Assembly: GCA_043767805.1 (NCBI GenBank)
Contig: JAYUGC010000034.1
Coordinates: forward strand, 1-39,120
Origin: Pseudomonadota bacterium
GTDB lineage: Bacteria; Bdellovibrionota; FAC87; UBA2466
Direction of reading: 5' to 3'
Length of the DNA stretch: 39,120 nucleotides
In this document: one piece after another, positions 9,313-16,989 of the stretch
How positions within the stretch are numbered: the first letter of the stretch is position 1
Layout of the letters: each line of letters opens with the position of its first letter
The notes under the pieces: model-generated
What the model was told of the DNA's origin: nothing
Database searches by the model: none
The model's input: the letters and a program-made list of their open reading frames with translations, nothing else
Made by a program: the position numbers and the translations under genes

Positions 9313-10395
9313 TTATGGGGTTTCGGGATCGTAGCGGAGGAGCTGGGAGGCTTTGCCGGGACCTGAGGAGAAACCTTCGGCGGGTTTCATCTGCAGAGCC
9401 TCGTAAGCTCGGCGCGTGACGAAGTAAGTCGGGTTGCGGGTGCGAAGCGCTTCCTGATCGGTGCGGTACTTCTCGTCGATTTTTAAATCGGATTTCATTT
9501 CCACCACGACCACGCCTTTTTGGCGGCGGCGGCCGTCCGGGTATTTGACCGTCGCGGGAAGGGCCGACGCCTGATAAGGCGACACGGTAGGATCGACCCC
9601 TTCCCTGAGCTCCACCGCGCGATCAAAAGTCAGCTGCACCTTATGACTCTGAAAAGGCTGCCCCTGGCTGAGCGTCGTCAGGACGTAGGCCTGACGCTGG
9701 TACTCGATATTGTAGCAAGTCATCGGCTCGCCCATTTCGAGGCTCTTCTCGTGAAACCGGCCGATGGTGGAGAGCACTTCGGCAATGACCTCGGCGGGAA
9801 CGCCCGGGTTATCGGCCTCAAGCTTCTCCTGTATCGACGCGAGCTCTTTGTTAAAAGTCGCGAGATCCTTGAATAGCTTTTTCAGGTACCCCTTCTGTAG
9901 TCGCAAGATAGGCTTAACGACGACGCCTTCCCGATCGGTCTTGGCTTTTACCTCGAGACTGACGTAATTGCCGGAGTTAGAAGTAAACCGATCCTTCGTT
10001 CCCTTTTCTCGCTCGCCGTACTCTCGAACGCGGATGCGGGCGTTCAACACCTCCTGCACCTTGCGCGAGAACATATAGTTCGTCGAGGTAACCAGAGCTC
10101 GCGATCGATCCGAAGGCCTATCGCGAAGCTCCAAGGTCTCACCGGAACCGAGGTTCGCGCGCACGGATCGCAGAAAAGCATCCGCTTGGCCGGGAGTGCT
10201 CGTGGCCTTTTCCTCCACGCGCAAGCTCGTGTGAAATCCCCGTCCGAGTCCCATGGCGAGGCGAAGCCCGTCGGAGATGCTCAGGTCAGCAAGCAGCCCG
10301 AACTCTTCACAACGTTTTGCCGCCTGCGAAGGCAGCGCGAAGAGCCAAGCTATTAACAATAGAGCGGGAAATCGCACTCTATTTCTTCGGAGCAA
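9313..10395 (-). CDS. Signal-peptide-bearing VTC/CYTH-like (triphosphate tunnel fold) protein
   Basis: Ordered motifs RVEEK, RIRVREY, LEVKAK..VVVK, IEYQRQAY, QLTFD, VVEMK; hydrophobic leader ending SQA; TTG start uncertain. Confidence 0.6.
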   Translation of the reverse strand: MLRRNRVRFPALLLIAWLFALPSQAAKRCEEFGLLADLSISDGLRLAMGLGRGFHTSLRVEEKATSTPGQADAFLRSVRANLGSGETLELRDRPSDRSRALVTSTNYMFSRKVQEVLNARIRVREYGEREKGTKDRFTSNSGNYVSLEVKAKTDREGVVVKPILRLQKGYLKKLFKDLATFNKELASIQEKLEADNPGVPAEVIAEVLSTIGRFHEKSLEMGEPMTCYNIEYQRQAYVLTTLSQGQPFQSHKVQLTFDRAVELREGVDPTVSPYQASALPATVKYPDGRRRQKGVVVVEMKSDLKIDEKYRTDQEALRTRNPTYFVTRRAYEALQMKPAEGFSSGPGKASQLLRYDPETP

Positions 10396-10445
10396 AAGCT
10401 TCCCGGCCTTGAGAAGCCCAATTCACTGCAGCCGAGCAGGGTAAC

Positions 10446-10483
10446 GCATCACATAACGAGCGCCGAAACTCTCGTTATGATGC
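10446..10483. other. Intergenic inverted repeat (terminator, processing site or operator)
   Basis: CATAACGAG (10452-10460) / CTCGTTATG (10471-10479), extended by GCAT/ATGC. Confidence 0.45.
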
Positions 10484-10497
10484 AGGTAACTTCGCTC

Positions 10498-12240
10498 CTA
10501 CGGATTCGTGAGCTCGAAGCCCATATTCATCCATCCCGTCGCGCTCTTGAACTCGCGCAACTTGAAGCGGCGCAGCTTTTCCCAGCCGCTGCCTTTGGGG
10601 AGCGTCAAGCCGCCGAACTCGAAGAGCTCGGGGAAGAAAGCGTTCACCTTGCGGGTCAGCATCTTCGCGAGCTTCTCGTCCACCGGAGTGAGCTCCGCCG
10701 AATCGAGATAGCGGAAGGTCACCTCACCCAAGCGGCGCAGGCGCGCCTGGTTGCGCTCGACGTTGATTTCCGGCGAGTAATTCACGCCCACTTCGAAAGG
10801 ACGCTCGTTGCTCAATTCGGTGCCCTTCCAAACTTCGCCAATGCTCGTTCCGTAAAAACGGAAAAGAAGCGTGTTGCCGACGTAGTCAGTGGTCATCGGA
10901 CGATACTCGTCCACCCAGAAGTACCAGTGAGGCGCGTTGTCGTGCACGCGCAGCTCGGTGGGCTCTTCGGTGGTGAGGAGTTTGTGAATGTCGTAGAGCG
11001 CCTGATCCCACTCCTGTTTTCCGCCCATGTAGGGAGCCAGGTAGTTGCTCGCAAACGATTCGTGCACGGCAAACGCGAGATCGTGCTTTCCAGTCAGCGG
11101 CGGAGGCTCGCTGTTCGCGGCGAGCTGAAAGGCGTTCTGCTCGGTAATCGACATCGCAAGCGCACCGGGAGTACTCGAGAACCCAACGTGTTTCGGATAG
11201 GCCGCCTCGAAACGCAGCATCTGCTTCGCGGGCTCGAGGTAGGTGTTACTCGCCGCGCGGATCTTTTCGTTCAGCTGACCCGCGAACTGATTCCGGAGGC
11301 TCGACGCCGCCAGCTGCGAAGCCTCCCAAGCCGCGTCTCCCTGCCGTCTCTCGGCGACACGCCACGCGAGCCAGTTCACGATACGAGAAGGGGCATACAC
11401 GTCCAAAAGTTGCGTGCCCATGGCAGCCCAGCCAGTGGCCGACGCCACCCGGATCCCCGTCTCTTCCAAAGCAAGCTGCGCGACCGCGCGGGCCATGCCC
11501 GAAGAGGAAGATACGATATGAACGTTTCCCTTATCCCCATCGTTGCGCGGGCTGTGAATGGTCGCATCCAAAGTCACTTCGACGATTCCCGTTCCGGCCA
11601 TCCAGGAGTTGGCGGGCGCGACGGAAATTTTCCCGTCCGTGTACACCGTACCCGAAGTATTGACCCCTTGAATGGTGTTAGTCGAGAACTGCTCGTTATG
11701 AATCTCCATGCCCTCCAGGCCCATGGCGATCGTGCGTGCCGAGACGCTGAACCGAGCATTAGGCTGGGCATACGCGGAGAGAAGCGATTGCGACGATACG
11801 GAATCGCCACACGCCAGGGACAGCCAACCCGACGCTTTGCCTTTTTCGAGCGCTTCGCCTTGACTGGCGGGCTTCGTGGAAAGCGATTGTCTCCAGCCGT
11901 CGCAAGCGCCGCGCCGATCGGGCAAGGCCTCGATCTCGGCTTGCTTGATGAACGCGCGCAAAGCCTGCTGCGTGATCAGGAAGTTCTGATTCTCGAGGCC
12001 GACTTTGTTCTTTCGCCAGCGATTGAGAATGAGCTTCAGCTCCGCGACGGAAGGCCTGGGTTTAGCGATTTCCGTGGTGAGATCGTCCCAGCGCAAGAAC
12101 TTTTTCCAGCCGGCCTCCTGTTCGGTGCCGCTCGCGCGCAGCCAGTTCTCGGTAAAAGCCAGGGTGGACCGCAGATGAGAGCTGTCCGCGGCGAACACAG
12201 TCACGGGGACGAGTAATAACCAAAAATAGAGGGTTTTCAC
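10498..12240 (-). CDS. Large secreted hypothetical protein (580 aa)
   Basis: Signal peptide MKTLYFWLLLVPVTVFA; GTG start overlaps upstream stop (GTGA); helical N-terminal part, beta-rich remainder. Confidence 0.8.
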   Translation of the reverse strand: MKTLYFWLLLVPVTVFAADSSHLRSTLAFTENWLRASGTEQEAGWKKFLRWDDLTTEIAKPRPSVAELKLILNRWRKNKVGLENQNFLITQQALRAFIKQAEIEALPDRRGACDGWRQSLSTKPASQGEALEKGKASGWLSLACGDSVSSQSLLSAYAQPNARFSVSARTIAMGLEGMEIHNEQFSTNTIQGVNTSGTVYTDGKISVAPANSWMAGTGIVEVTLDATIHSPRNDGDKGNVHIVSSSSGMARAVAQLALEETGIRVASATGWAAMGTQLLDVYAPSRIVNWLAWRVAERRQGDAAWEASQLAASSLRNQFAGQLNEKIRAASNTYLEPAKQMLRFEAAYPKHVGFSSTPGALAMSITEQNAFQLAANSEPPPLTGKHDLAFAVHESFASNYLAPYMGGKQEWDQALYDIHKLLTTEEPTELRVHDNAPHWYFWVDEYRPMTTDYVGNTLLFRFYGTSIGEVWKGTELSNERPFEVGVNYSPEINVERNQARLRRLGEVTFRYLDSAELTPVDEKLAKMLTRKVNAFFPELFEFGGLTLPKGSGWEKLRRFKLREFKSATGWMNMGFELTNP

Positions 12241-14066
12241 GGCAAGGCCTCCAAACAGGAAAATTGGCGTCCGTTCTTATTGTCGTTGGCGTCGATGGAG
12301 AACTTCACGCGGGTGTTCAGCATCTCATCTTCCGTCTGAATTCCCCATTCCTTCGGGATCGAAGGGTCTTTCGCCCAGCGGTTGAAGCGCGAGTTATCCC
12401 AGATGCCCGTCATCAAAATGACCTGGCCCGCGGGAACCTTGAGCGGCGTATCCAAATCGAAGGAACGTTGCCAGCCGAAGTCCCAGGTCGGCACGCCGGC
12501 CAAAAACTCCTTCACGGAAGGCATCTCCGGCGCGTCCGCGGGAGCCGGCGTCACCCATTCGAGCTTCCACTGCTTTCCAATCTGGTGCATGTGCGCGCGC
12601 AGTGAGTAGAGTGTCACGTCTTTGCGGAACCAGATTTCTTTTTGGCCGATGGAGTGGCCGTCGAAAGGAGCCACCCAAAGCTTCGAGCGCGAGTAGCGGA
12701 AAGCCTGATTACAAAGCTCGGTTTTCGGCGCCTGGTTCTTCTCGGTGAAGATGAGGGCCGCGCGGCTTTGGTCTTTCTCCGCTTTTCCGGTCGTCGTGTA
12801 GTGCATCTCGAGCACGAGATCGTGGTGCTTCGGAATGCGCATGGCCTGACCCGCAGGAAAGATGCGGGCGTTATCGTCGTCATCTCCGGGCACGAAGCCC
12901 GCGAGCATCACGGGCTTGTCTCCCGTAAAGCCGTACACTTTGAGCATACCGCCCGTACCCGAATAATCTTCGTTATCGGAAGGAACGATGTGAAGCTCGG
13001 AATGGTGGACCACCGAAGTGTTGCCGGGCTGAATCTCGACGGCTTGAATCCATTTATCGACGGGATAATCGAGCTTCAACTTGAAAAACTGATAATCGAG
13101 CACGCCGGTCGCGGGTAGCACGAAGGGTTTCGTCATCGGCAAAACGACGTCGGGCTTGCCGATGCGCCATTCAGGATCTTTCCACACGATGGGCTTCGGG
13201 CCTTTCGCGGGATCGCCTTCGCGAGCGCCGCCGCGGGCCCAAGCATCGATGGTCTTCACTTCGTCGGCGGTGAGACGCCGATTGTTGCTGAGCTTACCGA
13301 ACTTGTGACCAAGCACCGTATAGGAAGGCGGCATACGGCCATCCACCACCACTTCTCGGATGGTGTCGGCATGCATGGATACGTCGTCGTAAGTCATGAA
13401 CACGTCGAACACCGCTCCCGGACCGCCCGGACGGTGACAGGCCTGGCACTTTTTCTGAATGATGGGCGCGACGTCTTCGTAATAGGTTCTGACTTCCGGT
13501 TTCTCGTCCGGATCGTACATTTCAATATTGCAGCCGGAGGCCACGGTGGCATTCCGGGTAACCGTCTTACCGGCCAGGATTTCCGTCAGCGCGTCTTTCA
13601 AGAATGTGTTTCTCGGAGCCGCGAGCCGGCTCGAGACGGTGAACTGATCGTCGATGGCGCCTTGATAAATCGTCTTAAGATCGCGATCGAGGACGACGGT
13701 CTCGGTGAGAGTCGTCGCGCCTACAAGCTTCGCGAGCAGGCTCTCTTGATCGACCAAGACGCGAAAGGGAACGTCGTAGCGAAGGGCATGTTCAGCCATC
13801 GAGAACGCGGTAGCGCTCTTATCCGAGTAGATGCCGAGAAAGACTATGCCTTTCGCTTCGAACTCGCTCTTTAGCTTGGTCAGAGTCGGAACGTATTGTT
13901 TGAAGAGAGGGCAATGCACGCTCGCGAACACCAGCACCACGGCCTTCGTCTTCGCATCGACGAACTCCTTCAGCCGGTACTCGTTATAGTTCGTTCCTTT
14001 GAGCAGCGGTTCTCCCCCGAAAGCCACCGTCGCTAGAATAGAAAACGCCAACCACAAACGTTTCAT
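12237..14066 (-). CDS. Exported redoxin-domain / cytochrome c / copper type II (PHM/DBM-like) monooxygenase fusion
   Basis: AGGAGG RBS; signal peptide; redoxin-like HCP..YQGAIDDQF..GC; haem c motif CQACH; Cu ligands VVHH, MHY, HMH, EDEM. Confidence 0.8.
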   Translation of the reverse strand: MKRLWLAFSILATVAFGGEPLLKGTNYNEYRLKEFVDAKTKAVVLVFASVHCPLFKQYVPTLTKLKSEFEAKGIVFLGIYSDKSATAFSMAEHALRYDVPFRVLVDQESLLAKLVGATTLTETVVLDRDLKTIYQGAIDDQFTVSSRLAAPRNTFLKDALTEILAGKTVTRNATVASGCNIEMYDPDEKPEVRTYYEDVAPIIQKKCQACHRPGGPGAVFDVFMTYDDVSMHADTIREVVVDGRMPPSYTVLGHKFGKLSNNRRLTADEVKTIDAWARGGAREGDPAKGPKPIVWKDPEWRIGKPDVVLPMTKPFVLPATGVLDYQFFKLKLDYPVDKWIQAVEIQPGNTSVVHHSELHIVPSDNEDYSGTGGMLKVYGFTGDKPVMLAGFVPGDDDDNARIFPAGQAMRIPKHHDLVLEMHYTTTGKAEKDQSRAALIFTEKNQAPKTELCNQAFRYSRSKLWVAPFDGHSIGQKEIWFRKDVTLYSLRAHMHQIGKQWKLEWVTPAPADAPEMPSVKEFLAGVPTWDFGWQRSFDLDTPLKVPAGQVILMTGIWDNSRFNRWAKDPSIPKEWGIQTEDEMLNTRVKFSIDANDNKNGRQFSCLEALP

Positions 14067-14121
14067 GGCACCCCTCCTGTACTGTCCCGTTTCTGAGTCG
14101 GGACGCAGAGTGCCAATTTTG

Positions 14122-14170
14122 GGCAACACGATCAACCCTGCGCAACCGCGAGTGTTGCCGAAGTGTTGCC
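14122..14170. promoter_or_regulatory. Putative operator: three copies of GGCAACAC/GTGTTGCC
   Basis: GGCAACAC 14122-14129; GTGTTGCC 14152-14159 and 14163-14170 (direct repeat, 11-bp period). Confidence 0.5.
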
Positions 14171-14372
14171 AACTGGCTCAACGTTGCACTTTGTGGCCCA
14201 CCCGAAGATGGGCCACCAAAGCGCTTCTTGGATGGAGTCTAATGAGTGGCGGCGGACTCGGCGTGCGCCTGAAAAAGAGCTTCCCCCGGTCCAAAGAGCA
14301 CCGAGAGGTCTCCCGCGAGCTGCTCTTGTTTTCTCCGAAGCGTTTCATGGCTCTCTCCCCCAAATCCTACGC

Positions 14373-14410
14373 CGGCCGGTCCCGCTATTAGCCGGGACCG
14401 GCCGTTTTTT
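14373..14410 (+). terminator. Rho-independent terminator
   Basis: Perfect 12-bp stem CGGCCGGTCCCG / CGGGACCGGCCG followed by TTTTTT. Confidence 0.75.
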
Positions 14411-14568
14411 ACTGACGAGTCACCCTATGAAATTAGTATTCTCGTATTCTTCTAGGCAGCAGCCGAGGCTTTTACTCCCCTTCGTTAAGACTAGTAATTT
14501 AAAACATTTAGGTGGCCTAATGTTGTGACTTCGGGATCAAGCCTGCTCCCGCCGAATCAAGCGTCGCG

Positions 14569-15318
14569 GTGAAAAGACCGAAAAGACAGCGAGGGTCCTC
14601 ACCTCACTCTATGAAATCCGGCGCCGGCTCATTCCCTTTCCTTTCTCAGCTCTCGAAACGCGAGGTCGAGACGCTTTTGTCGGGGCTTCCGAAACGGCAG
14701 TTCAAGAACGGCGATTTCATTTTGCGCCAAGGCGAGCCCTGTCAGCACGCTTACCTTCTGCTGGAAGGCAAAGTCGAAGTGACCACGACCGGCCCGCGCG
14801 ACACCGAAGTGCACATCATGTTGCACCAAGCGCCTTCTCTTTTCGGCATCATCGAAATCTGGCGGGAAGCGCGTCAGCTCGGCAACGTCATCGCGCTCGA
14901 GCCGTGCACCACTTTGCAACTCGATCGCGCGGCCTATCAGCGGCTCCTGCACTCGAGCCATCAGGCCTGCGTCAGTATCATTCAATTTCTGTCGGATCAG
15001 ATTTATCAAAACGGGGCCGATAACCGCACGCGCCTGTTTGGCACCGCCGAGCACGCGCTCGCGAATTACCTTCTGGCCCACGCCGCTTCTTTGGGCGAGA
15101 CCACGCAGTCGGGCATCGTGCTCCGCATGCCCATCAACAAAAGCCAAATCGCAAACTCCCTGGGAATGTCGCGCCGGCAGATCATCCGCGCCTTCGAGCT
15201 ACTGACGAAGGAAGGCCTCATCGAAGGCCAAAGCGGGCAGCTCATCATTCTCGACGCCGAGGCACTCCGCCGCAAAGGCCGCGAGCCCTGGGAAACCCCA
15301 CCCAAAAAGGCCCGCTGA
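14569..15318 (+). CDS. Crp/Fnr family transcriptional regulator
   Basis: cNMP-binding-like domain (FKNGDFILRQGEP..YLLLEGKVEV), C-terminal HTH SQIANSLGMSRRQIIRAF; start may be ATG 14611. Confidence 0.9.
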   Translation: MKRPKRQRGSSPHSMKSGAGSFPFLSQLSKREVETLLSGLPKRQFKNGDFILRQGEPCQHAYLLLEGKVEVTTTGPRDTEVHIMLHQAPSLFGIIEIWREARQLGNVIALEPCTTLQLDRAAYQRLLHSSHQACVSIIQFLSDQIYQNGADNRTRLFGTAEHALANYLLAHAASLGETTQSGIVLRMPINKSQIANSLGMSRRQIIRAFELLTKEGLIEGQSGQLIILDAEALRRKGREPWETPPKKAR

Positions 15319-15376
15319 AAGCGCTTCTGCCGCGTTTTGCCTTGCTGGCTAGGATAAAGCGCGGTGGTATTACGCC

Positions 15377-15880
15377 ATGCCCTCCAGCGCATTCGATTTA
15401 ACTTCGGCTTCGTCCGGCTCCGAGCGACTCTCCGTCTTGCAACGCTGGGGAATCCTACGCATCGAAGCGTATTTAAACGAAGCTACCGTCAAAGCGCTCG
15501 CTGAAGAACAACGCCACCTAACCAGCCCTAGACTCACCGTTGCTTCCGGAGAAGACCTACTTCCCAAAAGTGAAGCCGTGTTTCGCGGCCAGTGGATGAG
15601 AGATCTCGCGCACGAATATCTCGTTCAGCCGCATTCCTTTAACGAGCAGATAGAGCTAGTGCGGACGAGTAAGCTCATCCAAGACTACGTGTTTCTACGT
15701 TTCGGTTACCCGCCGCCGAAACCCGTTCTCTTTTTCGCCCATGGGCGAGCTTGGGAAAACGGCACTTATCTATCTCTGGAGGAGTCGCTTCACATGGCCG
15801 AAATGGGCCATGACGCCGGCGGCACGCCAAATCCGCGCCCTCACCAAAGCGCGCAGTCCGAGCACGCTCGCGCCGATTAA
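15377..15880 (+). CDS. Hypothetical protein
   Basis: 167-aa ATG ORF downstream of crp; N-terminus loosely resembles PhyH-family starts (WGILRIEAYL) but no convincing Fe-binding motif. Confidence 0.45.
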   Translation: MPSSAFDLTSASSGSERLSVLQRWGILRIEAYLNEATVKALAEEQRHLTSPRLTVASGEDLLPKSEAVFRGQWMRDLAHEYLVQPHSFNEQIELVRTSKLIQDYVFLRFGYPPPKPVLFFAHGRAWENGTYLSLEESLHMAEMGHDAGGTPNPRPHQSAQSEHARAD

Positions 15881-15984
15881 GCCGGGAAGAAAAGGAACGA
15901 GCAGGCGGGAAACCATGTTTACGGCGAGCGCCGTTACGAGAATTACGCCAAGGCGCGAGACCAAGAGAAAAATGGATCGACCGG

Positions 15985-16935
15985 CTACACGGTCAGCGAT
16001 TCTTGAACGAGCTTCGAGTAAAGATTGCGATCGTTTTCCAGGGGAACGTTCGGCGCAGTCAGAAGCTTTTCGCCGACGAAAATCGAGTTCGCTCCCGCTT
16101 CGAAACAAGCGAGCTGTTCTTCGTCGGTCAGAGTATTGCGTCCCGCGCTCAAGCGAACCCGCGATTTCGGCATCACCACCCGGGCGGCGGCGATGGCGCG
16201 CAAGAATTGCTCGAAGGGAACCGGCGAAACGTTTTCCAAAGGCGTGCCCGCAATCGGCACGAGCAGATTCATGGGAACGCTTTCCGGATGCGGATCGAAG
16301 CTGCCCAGTTCCGCGAGCAGAGCCGCGCGATCCCGCTCCGTCTCGCCCATGCCCAAGATTCCGCCGCAGCAAACCTGAACACCCGCCTTGCGAGCGGCGC
16401 GAATCGTATCCAAGCGATCGTCGTAGGTGCGGGTCGTAACGATGTTGCCGTAATGCTCGCGGCTCGTGTCGAGATTGTGATTGTAAGCGGTGAGGCCCGC
16501 TTCTCGCATCTTGGTGAGCTGCGCTTCGTCCGCCATGCCGAACGTGCCGCAGACTTCGATGCCGAGCTCCGCGACTCCCGAAATCATCTTGAGGAGATTG
16601 TCGAATTTAGGACCCTGGCCCGGAACCGAGCGCCAGGCGGCGCCCATGCAAAAACGAGAAGCGCCGTCTTCCTTGGCGCGCTTGGCGGTCGCGATGACCG
16701 TGTCCGGATCGAGCAGAGGCTCCGCTTTTACGCTCGTCTTGAAGTGCCCACTCTGCGAACAGTACCCGCAATCCTCGGCGCAACCGCCGGTCTTGATGGA
16801 GAGTAACTCGCACTGCTGAACGTCCCGTTCGGCGTACGCGGCATGAAGGCGACGGGCCTCTCCCAAAAGCTCGTCCAAAGGGCCGGTCAGAAGGGCCAAA
16901 ACTTCGTCTGTGGTCCAGTCGTGGCGGATATCCAT
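15985..16935 (-). CDS. bioB: Biotin synthase (radical SAM)
   Basis: SIKTGGCAEDCGYCSQS, RFCMGAAW, YNHNLDTS, CCGGILGMGE, PESVP, RLSAGR, AGANSIF. Confidence 0.97.
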   Translation of the reverse strand: MDIRHDWTTDEVLALLTGPLDELLGEARRLHAAYAERDVQQCELLSIKTGGCAEDCGYCSQSGHFKTSVKAEPLLDPDTVIATAKRAKEDGASRFCMGAAWRSVPGQGPKFDNLLKMISGVAELGIEVCGTFGMADEAQLTKMREAGLTAYNHNLDTSREHYGNIVTTRTYDDRLDTIRAARKAGVQVCCGGILGMGETERDRAALLAELGSFDPHPESVPMNLLVPIAGTPLENVSPVPFEQFLRAIAAARVVMPKSRVRLSAGRNTLTDEEQLACFEAGANSIFVGEKLLTAPNVPLENDRNLYSKLVQESLTV

Positions 16936-16989
16936 GACCGGTGTTTAACCCGTCTGTTCGGAGGTTGGCAAATGGTCTGGAGTGGGCGG

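Noticed and set aside
10477..12216. 579-aa + strand ORF almost exactly antisense to the 580-aa secreted protein
   Set aside because: Arg/His-rich with no motifs; typical antisense shadow of a codon-biased GC-rich gene. The minus-strand ORF has the signal peptide and operon coupling.
14100..14190. Possible sigma-54 promoters (TTGGCACTCTGC on minus; TGGCTCAACGTTGCA on plus)
   Set aside because: GG-N10-GC spacing or the -12 element is not satisfied
14093..14260. GGGACGCAGAG (c-di-GMP-I-like) and GATGGAGT..CTAATGA (fluoride-riboswitch-like) words
   Set aside because: Remaining conserved elements and pairing order are absent; isolated short matches only
14242..14391. 49-aa + strand ORF (MSGGGLGVRL…) as the transcript ended by the 14373-14410 terminator
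   Set aside because: Its stop lies inside the terminator loop and RBS spacing is short; not excluded but unsupported
14521..14545. TGTGA..ATCAA upstream of the crp gene as a CRP/FNR box
   Set aside because: Half-sites and spacing fit neither consensus
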